DNA from: Gordius albopunctatus
Lineage: Eukaryota
Length of the DNA stretch: 64,000 nucleotides
Direction of reading: 5' to 3'
NCBI GenBank assembly: GCA_964276515.1
Contig: OZ193910.1
Location: 2,356,001-2,420,000, forward strand
How positions within the stretch are numbered: position 1 is the stretch's first letter; each line of letters opens with the position of its first letter. Of the stretch, positions 14,581 through 28,042 are shown one piece after another. The position numbers and the translations under genes are program-made. The notes beneath the pieces are model-generated. The model was not told where the DNA came from. It did not search any database and saw nothing but the letters and a program-made list of their open reading frames with translations.

Positions 14581-17470
14581 TTATCTATTATTTAGACCAT
14601 GAGCTCGTGCGAATTGGGAACTTTTTTCGGTCACAATATTGTCGTAACTATTTTTCCCTTGACTCCTTGCATTTGCATGGTAGGTCTTTAACGCTAAAAC
14701 CTCTTTTATCAGATTTGCATTGAATGAGATGTAAATCCAAGGATTTATGCAACTAGTTAAGTTGCCCAACAATATACAGATGACAATGCCTATTTAAAGA
14801 CATTAAATAAGCGTTAATATAGTAATAAAGTAAATAATCTATATATGTAAATATGTAGGTGTGCTGTTCTTTGTTGCCTAATACCTTTCGGAAGGTACTG
14901 ATAGATTGCTCTAAATATATAATTTCGTTCTCCGAACATTTTTTCCAATTGTTTGGCTGTTAATAATTGATTTATGAAAAACAATGCCATTTAATTAAGC
15001 GTCTTAAGGTATTAGAGCATTACATATTTAAGAATCCCCAAATTACCATATTATACTCAAAGATTTCGCAGATTACATTAATAATTGTTTTATATGTTTT
15101 AGGCAGGTGAGTCATGCGTAATATCAACTCCTCAAATTACCATTCAAAGTTTTAAAATATATTCCTAAATTAAAACTATTATTAAAAATATTATTTTGAT
15201 TTTTAAATTTATGCAACATATTAAATCACATTTTAAAATACATTTATCTACTATTCATGATCTATAAAATCAAGTTCTATCCAAAGCAATGCTTGGGTTC
15301 AAGGTCCAACCCAAATTCATCGATGAATAAGCTGGACAAGTTATATCAATAACAAGCTAACCATGGTGTAGACATTATTTTGTTAGATAAAAATTTACTA
15401 ACTGGACTCTTTAAAGTAGATTTATAAAAAAAACTAAAAAATTTAGCCAAGTGCTACAGTTAATACACTAGGAAGCCTTGCATTGACGTTAAAATTAGAG
15501 GCCTGCACGGGTCACCCAAAACCCAATTAAAAATTTAAAAACGCTTTCGGGTCGGGTTCGGGTTGAAAATTTTAGAATGCTTTCGGGTCGGGTTGGATTT
15601 ATAGAGTTGGGTCAAAGGATATGAATCTTACATTACAAAATTAACGAAACGTATTTGTTAAATTAATGATATTATCTATAATTTTTGTAAAACAATATCA
15701 AATTATATAACTAATTATAATCATTCATTCATATAATCGATTTTTTTTCCTATTTTTTTAATTCGTTTAATTTGGAGGAAAATTTAAATTTAAAGCTGAA
15801 TCACGAAAGGTAAAATATTAACAAATGAGTATTTATTATTGTTTATAGTCTATAGAGTAAATTATAAATTTAACTACATAAAGATATAATTAAATATTCA
15901 ATTTAAAGTTGAATCACGAAAGGTAAAATATTAAAAAATTATTATTTATTATTGTTTAAAAACGCTTTCGGGTCGGGTTCGGGTTGAAAAAAAGTGACTT
16001 TGCAGGCCTCTAGTTAAAATTCATTATTTGATAAATAATTATAAAATTTAAATCATTACTTTTTCCGAGATCCGCCTCCCCCTTCATTATATTGATGTAA
16101 AAAAGGCTTATAAAAAAGGGCGACCAACACAGTATGTAGCATACCACAACGCACAACGTTAGTTGTATAGTTTTTACTTTGGCCCTCGTTATGTTTTGAC
16201 GCTTTAAGTAATGTGTGCGACATCTTGGTTTTGGTAGACTTTTTGTACTCATAAATGTTTTCCCATGATTAAATCCTTTATTAGATCCCGTAAGACTTAG
16301 AGTACAAGGTGATGGTAGCTCAACGAAAGCTTCACTGCTTCTAGAAAACATGGTTTTTGGAGATACTCTATTGTATGACCTTTCGATTTCTCCTGGAGTT
16401 TTGCATATTCGCATTGTACCTCTATGTTTGTGCCGCATATAGGACATCATGTTAAAGGAATTTTTTGAAATTTCGGGTTTAATATAAAACGAAGTGGGAA
16501 AACTAGATAATTCTATGTCGATATCATTGATAAGAATCAACGTGTTCGGAGTAGAAGACGATGTGTGTGCTTTTTGCGTATTCTCAACGTTTAATAAGCC
16601 GTGTGCTTCTTTATCGTTACTCACTGAGTTTGCGTTTCGATTTGAATTATCGATAACAAAGTTTGCGTCGAGTCCATGCTGTTTAATTATGCAGTAAATC
16701 TTGATACATATACTTGTGTATAGATAGATCATTATGGCTAAGGGAATAATGTAGATGGCGGCCAAAAACCAAGTCATATAAGCCGTCTCACTCCAAGCAT
16801 AAGGGTGAGTTGCTCGACATTGGTAATGTTCTTCACAAAGGCCGAAGTCCTTTAAAGATATGTTTGAAGCATGGAAAAGTGTTTGAAAATTTCCCGAGAT
16901 GCCCTTGATTGGTTTAGAAATGGTCTTAAGGTCAAATATGAAAAATTGTGGTATGGCAAAGAATAGAGCTAAAGACCAAGCTGTAATAATACATCTTTTG
17001 GCCATGCGGAAAGTTCTTAGGCTCATCTGAAGCGGTTTGCATATGGCGACGTATCGATCAAAAGCCGTAGCTAGCAAAACGTATGTCGTGAGGTACATGC
17101 TAAATACTTGAGTGTAGGGTATAAACTTGCAAAGTATAAGTCCACCGCGCCATTCGAATGTCACTTTCCAAGCCAGTTGGGGAAGAACGTTGAAGAAAGC
17201 CACTATAAGATCCGCTATACAGAGGTTAAGTATGAAGAAGGATATACGTTTGGTGTGTCTCTTCTGGCACACTATAGCCCAGATGCAGATCAAGTTGCCC
17301 ACAATTATGCAGGAGAAGATTATGGATAACGCCATTATCTCGTATTTCGCTAGCTGTTCATCCCTTTGCATTGGTACAAAAGATTCATCTTCGACGTCTA
17401 AAAACACTTTTATAGATGCACGAGAATGATTTGAGGCATTTAATATCATATTCTCCTCAGCTCTTTTCAT
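14581..17470 (-). CDS. Oxytocin/vasopressin-family (vasotocin/inotocin-like) neuropeptide GPCR, ~539 aa; exons 17470-16060 and 14789-14581
   Basis: ADL.VAFFNVLPQLAW..TF, LCK...Y.Q...MY, DRY.AIC.P, RAKVKT...TL.VV..YILCWSPFF, and NL.SC.NPWIY in exon 2. A phase-1 GT-AG intron between TM6 and TM7 keeps the frame. Confidence 0.92.
15496..16012. mobile_element. hAT-like MITE (TAGAGGCCTGCA family) in the GPCR intron
   Basis: TIR TAGAGGCCTGCA/TGCAGGCCTCTA, perfect 8-bp TSD GTTAAAAT, CGGGT subterminal repeats, internal ~120-bp tandem duplication. Confidence 0.9.
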
Positions 17471-19935
17471 GGTAAAGTATTGATACCCGTTGCTTTAAAG
17501 GAGATAATTAAATAAATTTAATCCAAAAGTGTGAATTTGAGTAGGCGGGACGTTATTAAAATATCATACAACAGGATGCGTAAGTTTTTCAAATAAAACA
17601 ATATTTTGAGACACGCGCATGGTGGACTAGCGTAGGTATTATATTGCCGTTTAAAAATTATCGAATATGCCCCATTGTGGATGTATAAATAATTAAATTA
17701 TATAAAATTAATTGGACGACGGAAATGAAAGAGTTGGATAATTATCAAAAACTCTTAATTAGATCACGTTAAGGGGTTAGCCGGATTATACAAAGATAAA
17801 CCAACGCAAAAGCTTTAGAGTTAATTGTTAAAGCAAATACATAGTATTGGGTTGTCTTAAAAATACTGACAGTTGCCATGAGTATAAATTTGGTAGAAAA
17901 ATTAATCAATAATATAATAAAAAATATGAAAGAGTGTTTCAATCAAGAGAAATAACAGATGATTTTATATTTATATAATAAAGTATTACCGCCAAGACAC
18001 TTTGAGAAAAAAGCAATTTTAAAATCAATATTTTACAAATCAACTCCCACTAGTTTTTTGCTATTTAAGTTAGACTACAACCCTACATTATTAATCAAAA
18101 CTTCATATATAAAATATTTTACAATTTAATTAAGAAACCAATTAAATATTACTCAAGTTGATAAACAAAAATGCAGTGGCGTAGCTATAGAAGGGGGGGG
18201 GGCAAAAAATTTCCTACGCCCACCTTTAAGAATAAAAAATATTTATGTTTTGCCCCCCCCCCCAAGGCAAAACCTAAATACGACCATGGATCAAATGCAA
18301 TTAACAAAATTTTTCCTCATGAACGTTGGACAAACTTAAAATTCCGCTACTACTTTGTGTATTTTTTCTATTAACATCACACTAATATGTCCCCTCATGT
18401 TTATATAGAGCATAAAATAAATAAAATTTATTCATAAAAAAACAAAGTGATTTAGTTGAAACAAGATAGAAAATTTCACATGGTATAATAAGTTTTGTAT
18501 AAATGAATTGTAAGGGTACAAAGTGGAACGGGGATATTGACAAGAAATCGTTGACATTTTAAAAAATAATGCAAATAGTTAATAAAAAAACTATAAAACA
18601 AAGTTTTTATAAAAAAAATTTATTGCCACAACCCCAAGAACCATTATAATTTTACATATGCAATATTGGCAGCATTTTCAGGCAGTATTTATATCAGGAA
18701 AACGATGAGAACATTTAAAACCCTTTTTTAGGTTAGATCCTCAAAAGGCGCAATTTAAAATATAAAAAAAAATTAATTATGAAATTAAAATTAGTATTTA
18801 GAGAAGTTATTGCCCCTTGATATTATAGATATATTTGCACAACCGGCCCCCTCCCCCTTTACACCACCTAAAAATTAAAAAACGAATAATAACCAATTGT
18901 TCAAATAAATCTTAATTTACTGATATAAAATAATATAATTTTAAATTTTTAAAAGCATGCATTATAATATTAATACTGATATTTCATATATAGTTTACTT
19001 GATGTTGATAAGGTATCATTTTTTGAAACTGGATCATGGTGGTTATCATTTTTATTATAGCTTCTGCTATTAAATTTATTGTTGTCTGAAAGCCAATTAA
19101 GTTGTTTGAAAATCTTAGCTATACTTTTATTTTTATGATTGGAATTTTCTAGAATGCCATTTTCAATTAAATAAGTAAGACCTTCGGTGTAACCTAATTT
19201 ATGGCTTTGAAATTATTTAATATAATTAATTACTCGAGGTTGAGGATGAAGAGCTATTACTGCCAATGTAATTCTCCTTTTCATTTTCTATAAATTTGTA
19301 TTTGAATAAATGAATGAAAACACTAAAACTAAGTAAATACCTTTCAGGACTGCATTTTTTTCTTCACCTAATATTATATTTACATAAACCTAATAATAAA
19401 AAAAATTTAAATACCTATTTGATTTAACCTATCGCTTGGAGCTAAGGGCTTTAAAAACATGTTAAGCTTTAATTGCTTGCTATTGCTATTCATATTAATT
19501 AATAAAAGTAAAGTGGAAATTAAATTAATTATAAAAAACTTTGGTTTTAAATTAATATTAATGATTAAATTATGTAATTATGTCAACTCAACAATTTAAT
19601 ACAATTTTCACCCTTTATTGTCTTATACAGCATCTTTATTTTTATTTGTTATATTATAATTAAAACTTTTATTCAGAAACAATGATAATAATAATCTTTA
19701 TATTGTTTCTTAATTAAGATAAAAAAAATAATGGCGTAAGGGGCCCGGGGGCCCAAGATTTTTCCCTTGAAGGGGGGGGGGCATGGGGTCCGGTTTTTTC
19801 TCTTGGGGGGGGGGGCCCTGGGCTCCCCTAGCTATGCCACTGCAAAAATGTTTTAGGAGTTAATTATTTAAAATTATAAAAGCTCATTTTTAATAGAAGA
19901 TAAAGACATAACTCGATTATAATAAATATGAAGGT

Positions 19936-20097
19936 CATGGGCACAGCCAGGATTAGACCTAGAGGGGCATAATGCTTTAGGGAGGGACAAATTAGCCATT
20001 TTTTGAATTTAAGCAAAATGTATTAAATTTGTAACTATTTATGGATTTAGAGGGGGGGGCAGCGGCCCCTTCCTGCCAACCCCTGGCTACGCCTATG
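19936..20097. mobile_element. Short CATGGGCGTAGCCAG-family MITE
   Basis: CATGGGCACAGCCAG...CTGGCTACGCCTATG with degenerate 8-bp TSD (ATGAAGGT/ATGACGGC). Confidence 0.75.
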
Positions 20098-20272
20098 ATG
20101 ACGGCTTTATCGCAACTCAAAAGGGTCAAGCTTTTTGTAGTGTTCATCTATTTGATATAAGTTTTAATCTGATTGCTCAGGCCTAGACCCAGCCCTAATC
20201 AAAACAAAACACATTTTGTATCTAAGTGTACTTCCTAAATTAGGTTAGGTTAGGGCCTACATGAAGTTAGTG

Positions 20273-20429
20273 CATGAGTGTAGCCAATGGAGGGCAGGGA
20301 GGGGCAACTGCCTCTTCGAAATCCAATTTATTAAAATTATGGGTAAAATTGCAAAATATATTCATTTTGCACCTCCTTAAATCATTATTGCCCCCTCTAG
20401 GTCTAATTGAAATGCTGGCTAAGCCCATG
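20273..20429. mobile_element. Short CATGGGCGTAGCCAG-family MITE
   Basis: CATGAGTGTAGCCA...TGGCTAAGCCCATG with perfect 8-bp TSD AGTTAGTG. Related copies at ~18173, 19730, 29840, 44430, 45596, 56886, 57720, 58219, 58528 and 61560. Confidence 0.85.
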
Positions 20430-21240
20430 AGTTAGTGCATCGGCCGTTCATTTATAATGTTAAATCGCCATTTAATAGTTTAAGATGCAAAACAGATATT
20501 CCTTTCCCTAAATGTCCACCAAATGATATCTTACATACTCATATAAAGAATTAGCCAATCAAAGGCAAAAAGGACCCCTCTGATTCTTAAAACCTTTATC
20601 TGAGTTGCAATGTTATCTCCTAATGGAATGATCTGAAATTACAAAATCCTTTTTTTACAATTTTTTGCATAGTAGCAATTTATAGCTGAAAACTTATTAA
20701 GAACTGAAAATTTTTTTAAGTATTCTGATTGTCGAAATTTAAAAATAAAAAATATATATAAGCTTTTCAGGTATTTATAAGTGTTTTAGTCATGATCTTA
20801 GCCAAGGGGTGCAGAGAGGAGCGGCTGCCTCCCTTTCAAAAATTTGCTAAAATATATCCAAACTATGGCTAAAATTTCAAAATAAAAGCTTCTAATTTGC
20901 AAACAAAAAGGAATAGGTACTTCATAAATTTATTTTGCTATCATTCCTAAACTCTTACTGTTTCGATATTTTTAGCTATATTTATAAATTCATAACAATA
21001 AAGTGATTCAATAATTAATTATTTGACATTTTACGATTGAAAACATACCTACAAACAATAACCTCAGAATTATAAAAATGTTTAAATTCATATTGATATA
21101 AGAGTATGATTATTGGATTATATAACTAAAAACGGATTACTGAACTACAGTCCTAGCGAATAAGATATTATATCAACGTAGGAAAGTTTTTGTTTATTAG
21201 GTAATTGGTATAATTTAATTACCAAATTTTTATATTAATA

Positions 21241-24160
21241 CTAGCTGGACCAGCAAACGTTGTTTTGCTATATACATTATTTCTAGAAAATACTATAAAT
21301 GATGTGCGTGCTCATCGTTAGGCCTCGATCATATAATGAGCGATTAAAATATAATTGTCCCATGGGAAATAATTAACGAATTTAATGTAGGAAGAATTAA
21401 CACGCTAAATACAAAATATAAACACATAAAGCAAAGTATATAATATTAAATTTTTTATTGATTTGCTTTACACATTTTGCCTATATTAATATACCGTCAA
21501 ATAAATTAATACATGCCTAAAGAATTATTTAATTTGTAAATTGCCACAGATTTGTTTTTTTTATTAAAGGTGCTAAAACATTTTTTTGGTCCTACCGCAA
21601 AATCACGATTTTGGAAAATGGTTGTTTTCGGGCTTCAATCAAAACCCCAACCCGCCCTGAAAATCTGTTTTATTTTTGCGCCTGAACATATTTTGGCGCG
21701 TCCAGCTTTTCTCTTATTTGGGCAAACTACAATTCTGCTTACACCAGCTTAGAATCTTTAGGTATATTATTGGCCGCCAACCGAGCTTTATTGCAATAGG
21801 GTCTCATTGTTATCATGTTTTGCTGATATATTGTGTAGTTTAAGCCAACAGGTACCATTATAGACGTAGCCCTACCATTTATCCTCAATTTGCCATCCGT
21901 TAATTTTGACTATTGCTTAAATTGCATAGGAAATGAATGCTCCCATACGAATTTAGAAGAGCCTAATAAGGCCACACAAAGACAGCAAGTAGAGAGAGGT
22001 TTAAGCGGCGGAGCCCCTTGAATAAGGTTTAGAGGGGCAGCCACAGCCGGGGTACAGGGGTGAAGCTCTTTGTTTGAATCTTCTTCTTCTTTATCAGTTA
22101 TTTGGTCCCACGGTCGTGGGGTTTGTTTTGATAAGTTTCTTGATCTTGACTAGAGATGCACCGATACCACTATTTTATGCCGATACCGATACCAGCCGAT
22201 ACTTAAGATTTTTTTGCCGATACCGATACCATGCCGATACTTATAATAAAAAAAATTTTTATACTAAAAAATATATGCAAATTAAATATTATAAATTAAG
22301 TCACATCCAAATTTTGGTAGATCAGAATTTTGACGATAAAACAATTGTAATTATAATTTATAATATAATATTAATTTATAATAATAAATTTTGTTATTAA
22401 TTAATTCAAAAGTATTGTGATTAATAGATGAAAAAAGAAATTTAAATTTTATTATGGTACACTTTATATTTTATTAATACATAAATTTATTTTATAAAAA
22501 AGTAAATATACGTGTAATTAGCTTATATTAAACTAATATTGAAAATTTAGTTCTCTTATGTTCAACTTAACAATTGTTAGTTGTTCTAACAATATTTACT
22601 TAAAAGCGCAGTTATTCGGAACAGATGGTCAATGAGTTTATTATACTCCACATAGAAATATTTATAGCCAATCAAATGAAACAATTTTCAAAAAATTTAA
22701 AAAGTCCTCTATTTTTTAATGGTAGGAGATACTATAAATATTATTTTTTGAGTTTCATATTGAAAAAAGTATCGGCTTGGTAATTGCCGATACTAGCAAA
22801 GTATCGGGCCGATTCTTTTGGCAAGGTATCGGCGCCGATACCATGCCGATACTTGGTATCGGTGCATCTCTAATCTTGACCGGGTGAGTGCCATGTCTTG
22901 ACTACTCTTTAGTTTTCATAACTTTATTGTCTTGCCAGTTCCATGAGACACGGGGTCGTCCTCTTCCTCTCTTCTCCGGCACCTCCATGTCCAGTACTTT
23001 TCGATTTAGGTCATTCGTGTTCCCCTTAGTATATCTTCATACCCCCTTAACCGATTTTCCTTAATCATGTCTGCCATAGGTTGAATATTCATTTTTGTCG
23101 TGAGAAAGTCATTCGTCATATGATAGAGCTTAGTTTAAGCCAAGCTCCACCGTAGAATTCTCATCTCTGTGGCTTTTATAAACTTTCCTTACCTGGGGTT
23201 TAATGCCGATGCTTATTAATAAATTATTCATTCCTTAATTAATTTATTATCATAATGTCAAGTTCGACAAAAAATAAGGTTTTTTTAAACTCACTTTGTT
23301 GTTCACATGTATTCTATCACTATTAAATTATTTTAATAATCCACAGTCCAGGTTTAAAATTCTCCATAAAATCACCACTGTCTTACGTAAATTTGTATGA
23401 GTAGTTCGGCCCCAGGCGAAAAGCCATTTTTATTTTTGCGCCCGAATCGAGACCGGAGAAACAACATTAATCTCGGTTATTTCCGAAACATTCGAATATC
23501 CCCTAACTTCGTAAGCAAATACTACTTTTTGTTTAAAATATGCTTAGATATACAGGATTAAAAACTGAGATATTATGAAGGGTCGTAAAAAAGCATTGCC
23601 CACAAACCTTACTTTGGTCAATAAGCTATCAGTGTACTCAGAAAATTCATAAAAACTTAAAGCAACCGGTATAAGCATGGACGTAGCCACGCCCCCAAAC
23701 ATTAAGGTCCGTTTTCCTCCTCTGCTTAAATTTCACAGCAAATCAAATGTTTTTCAACGAAGTGTAGAAGAGTTTAGGTTAAAGGCTCAACGAAAAACAA
23801 CACAGGCCCGGGGGCGCTACCTAATACCAAAGAACCGAGGACAATAACTTTGTTAGGAGTTAGGGGCGGAGCTCTTCTTAGAGGTCCGAAGAACTGAAAA
23901 ATATCAACATTTATTGTCACTTTGTTAAAAGTATTTTCATTTTTCCCCTTATTTAACGCGCAAAAAATGACAAAATTAGATTTTTTAAGTTATTTAGCCA
24001 CGCAGGAGGGGACACGACCGGCCTATAATAATAATTGACGTGAAAAAAAAGCAAAAAATGACTTTGATTTAATATTTCAAATCGTAAAATGTTTCCATTT
24101 CCGCAACACATTCCTACATTTATCACACTACAGTACCTACACGCATGACGGTCTAGAAAA
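21241..24160 (-). mobile_element. Fragmented Helitron carrying nested insertions
   Basis: Minus-strand 3' end with hairpin plus CTAG|T at 21241, matching the end at 27088. Segment ~23885-24140 is homologous to ~27388-27650. The 5' end was not resolved. Confidence 0.55.
22151..22872. mobile_element. hAT-like MITE (TAGAGATGCACCGATACC family)
   Basis: 18-bp TIR, CCGATA subterminal repeats, perfect 8-bp TSD ATCTTGAC. Confidence 0.92.
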
Positions 24161-24223
24161 TACTATAAGTGATACACTTTTATTAAAGACCATTATTATC
24201 ACGTGGTCGATCATAGAAGCATA

Positions 24224-26423
24224 TTAATTGCTATGCAATTTATGGGCTCGTTTTTGGTTGTCCGTCCGTCCGTCGTCCACCAAGTTATTTACACCAGCTT
24301 CCCGATCTGGAGGTTGCGGGTTCGAGACCCGGAGAGGACAAATTTTTTTTATTTTTTTTTTAAATTAAATTAATATTTTGTTCTTGTTAATACCATTGAT
24401 AATATGACTTTTTGACCGTCCGCAGGCTAATGACCAATGAAAAAATGACCACTGGCCAGATAAATCGAAATTTTTAATTTTTCGTTTTTGAATAGTTTAA
24501 CATTGATAATTACTCTATGCCCTCCCCTACAAGGGCCTATGGCTCTATTTATATGGTTCCCTGTTCCCCTCCAAAGGCTTATGCCTCTATTTAATGTGGG
24601 TTTGAATCCCGGCGAACGTTCTAAATTGATGGTTCGAGACCCGGAGAGGACAAAAATTTTTATTTTTTTTTAAATTAAATTAATATATTGTTCTTGTTTA
24701 TCTCTAAAGCTCCGATTTTTAGCAAATTTAATATACGACGAATAAACTCTCCCTAGATATATATATATTGCATGCAAAGTAAACGCTAGAATAGAGGACC
24801 TTGTTTTAATTGCTATGCAATTTATGGGCTCGTTTTTGGTTGTCCGTCGTCCGTCCGTCCGTCGTCCGTCCGTCGTCCATCCACCAAGTTATTGGCGCCA
24901 GCTTTTTTTAAATTAAATTAATATATTGTTTTAACACCATTGATAATATGACTTTTTGACCGTCCGCAGGCTACTGACCATTGAAAAAAATTACCATTGG
25001 CCAAATAAATCGAAATTTTTTGTTCGTTTTTGAATAGGTTAACATTGATAATTACCCTATACTTTTTAATAATTGCTATGCAATTTATCTAGTTTTTGGG
25101 TTAGAATCCCGGAGTTTTTTTTGACTCTTATGATTGTTCTTGTTACTATCATTGATAATAAGACTTTTTGGCCGTCCGCTGGCTGCTGACTAATGAAAAA
25201 AATGACCATTGGCCAAAATGTGTATCCGAGTTTATTTTTTCGTTTTTTTTGACTATTATGATTGTTCCTGTTCCTACCATTGCTATTATGACTTTTTGGC
25301 CGTCCGCTGGCTGCTGACCAATGGAATAAAATGACCATTGGCCAAAATGTGATTCGAAAATTTTTTTTTCGTTTTTTTTTGACTGTTATGAATTTATATC
25401 CACTTTTACCGTGTCCTGGCTGCTGACCAATGAAAAAAATGACCATTGGCCAAAATGTGAATCGAAATTATTTTTTCCGTTTTTTTTGACTATTATGATT
25501 GTTCCTGTTCCTACCATTGCTATTATGACTTTTTGGCCGTCCGCTGGCTGCTGACCAATGGAATAAAATAACCATTGGCCAAAATGTGATTCGAAAACTT
25601 TTTTTCCGTTTTTTTGACTATTATGAATTTATATCCACTTTTACCGTGTCCTGGCTGCTGACCAATGGAAAAAATGACCTTTGGCCAAAATGTGATTCGA
25701 AAATTTTTTTTTCGTTTTTTTTACTCTTATGAATTTATATCCACTTTTACCGTGTGCTGGCTGCTGACCAATGGGAAAAAATGACCATTGGCCAAAGTGA
25801 GCATCAAAATTTTTTTTCCGTTTTTTTGGCTATCATTGACTTATAGAGTATCTGTTGGTACTGACCAATGCAGAAGAAATGACCATTGGCCAAATTTTTG
25901 ATTTTTTTAATTAAAAATTGTTCAAATTCAACAAAAAATTTCTCCCAACAATTCTGCAAATTCTTAACATTGTGGTGTTTTATAATATAATGTTTGTTAG
26001 ACCCATAATCACTAGAGGCCATAAAAACTAATGTATTATTTTTATTTATTCTCAAATGTGATATTTTGTTCATGATTGTTTTTTGCATGTGCTAGTGTTT
26101 AGGTTTTCAACATTAATATTCTTTCATATACATTTTTTAAATGGTTCCCCGTGCCGCTACAAAGGCTGGCTCTACTAATGTGAGTTCGAATCCCGGAGAA
26201 GGCAATTTTTTTTTAATTAAATCGAAAATTTGTATTAATAATTAACTAATTATTTTACATTTAATACTCCCCCCCCCGCCTATAGGCATTCTCACCCCTT
26301 CCCACCTTTCTCGCCCATAAATTGCATAGCAAATATGATACATTTATACGGAGTGTAGATGAGTTCCCCCTTCCCTCCCCTTCCCCCTTCCCACAAGGGC
26401 CGAAGGCCCGAGTTTGGTTTTTT
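24224..26423 (+). mobile_element. Compound DINE-1-like Helentron-associated element (HINE)
   Basis: 5' subTIR TTGCTATGCAATTTATGGG followed by a (GTCC)n microsatellite (restarts at ~24806, partial at ~25070), central tandem repeats, inverted 3' subTIR at 26314-26332, stem-loop GGGCCGAAGGCCC at 26397-26409, then a T-run. Confidence 0.8.
25100..25900. repeat. Tandem array of ~97-128 bp units inside the HINE
   Basis: The core CTGCTGACCAATG..ATGACCATTGGCCAAA recurs at 25183, 25311, 25420, 25548, 25655, 25761 and ~25858. Confidence 0.92.
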
Positions 26424-26689
26424 AATAATTATCCATCCTTCAATTAATTAAAACACTTTTGTCACTCAACTGTACATGTTATCGCTAAACATCGCTACCT
26501 AATAAGTATTTAAAACTGTTATAAATCTATTTAATTAATTATAAATATGCCTTTTTCTATTAAGTTAATATTTATTTGCATAATATAAAAATATATTTTT
26601 TCACATCACAAACTCTCTTTCAGCTGACCCAAATTCTTTCATATATTTCCTATAGCTAGGTACCAATTATTTAGCGAAATAAGTACTAA

Positions 26690-26720
26690 GCCAAAGCAAC
26701 GCTTGGCCGGGCACAGCTAG
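26690..26720 (+). mobile_element. Helitron 3' terminus
   Basis: Hairpin GCCAAAGCAACGCTTGGC, then CGGGCACAG CTAG|T. The 5' end was not resolved. Confidence 0.65.
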
Positions 26721-27087
26721 TATTAGATATATAAAAATGATAATATTTTCACAGCCAATATTCGTATTTATCCCTTAATTACATTTTTTTGAAAATAAAC
26801 CATATTAACTAGTAGTATAAAATAAAAATTTGTTGGTAAATTACACATTAACATTATTGAGAACTCATTTCAAATTATATGTGCAACTACTAGAAAATTA
26901 AATTCAATTATCAAGTTTAACCTCCGAATACAATTTCCGTATTCACCTATGTTTAACGACAAAAACCATTATTAGTTTAAGTTAAGGTAAGGATCTCGTT
27001 CGGATCAAATAAAATAAAGGCCATCCGGCATTCTTAATATTAAAATTAACTGCTTTTTTTGGAATGCGCATTTGCTTTTATAAAACA

Positions 27088-27865
27088 CTAGATGAACCCG
27101 GCAAACGTTGTTTTGCCATTTACCCGGGTGTATTAGCAGAATATATATCATCTTATAGATAAATTTCAATAGATTAAGAATATATCAAATACAATGGATA
27201 AATTTTTATTATGCAAAAATTTTTAAACAAATAGTTAAAGAAACCTGGCCCCATGACCCCCCCCCCCAAGGGAAAAATCTTTGGCCCCCTGGCCCTCCAA
27301 ACAAATTTTTTTTAATTTTTTGTAATTAAGAAACAATATCATAATTATTTGTTTCTGAATGAAATTTTTAATTCTGAACTTAATAATGTCCGAAGAACTG
27401 AGATATATCAACATTTATTGGCACTTTGTAAAAGTATTTTCATTTTTCTCCTTATTTAACGCGCAAAAAATGACAAAATTAGATATTTTAATTTATTTAG
27501 CCGCGCAGGAGGGGACAAGACCGTCCTATAATAATAATAATTGACGTGAAAAATAAGCAAAAAAATGAATTTGATTTAATGTTTCAAATCGTAAAAAGTT
27601 TCCATTTTCCGCAGCACATGCCTACTGCATTTAACACACTACCTACACGATAGATCCGCAGTACGTCATGAGGTTGCGTTTGATTGACATTTTATTAAAC
27701 GGCAAAACATATAAAACAAACTAAATAAAAGACTACTGGACCGATTTGGCTCGGACAAATCTTAAAACATTCTCCGAAGTGTGGGGAATAAACTGTGAAA
27801 TTTTGAGGCAAATCGGTCTGGTAGGAGGCATACACACACACATAGTTTCAATTTTATATATATGA
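27088..27865 (-). mobile_element. Non-autonomous canonical Helitron
   Basis: On the - strand: A|TCATATATATAAAA...(TG)n start, subterminal hairpin at 27100-27117, CTAG|T end, insertion between A and T with no TSD. Confidence 0.85.
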
Positions 27866-28042
27866 TTCATAGGTATTCTCAAATCCTAGTTCATTTCATA
27901 CAAATTAATTAACGTATCATCCGCTTTGTTAACCATTAAGTAGTTTGGGAAATCAATAGGCCAAATAAAATCAATAATCAATGTGATTTTAGGTAATGGA
28001 GTTTTAATTTTTTTAAGCTCCCTATTATACAATAACTCATCT

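Noticed and set aside
16494..17429. Plus-strand ORFs within the GPCR (likewise those antisense to the LINE, gypsy, CRE and ALG13)
   Set aside because: Antisense shadows of real coding sequence.
20240..20255. TTAGG telomere-like repeats (also CTAACC at ~60134)
   Set aside because: Only 2-3 units, interstitial or TE-associated; not a telomeric array.
24296..24345. Intact tRNA gene
   Set aside because: Only a T-arm/B-box-like 3' part is present; no D-arm/A-box or pairing acceptor stem was found.
25100..25900. CRISPR-like repeat/spacer appearance
   Set aside because: The intervening sequences are themselves repeated, the context is eukaryotic and there are no cas genes. It is a tandem repeat inside a TE.
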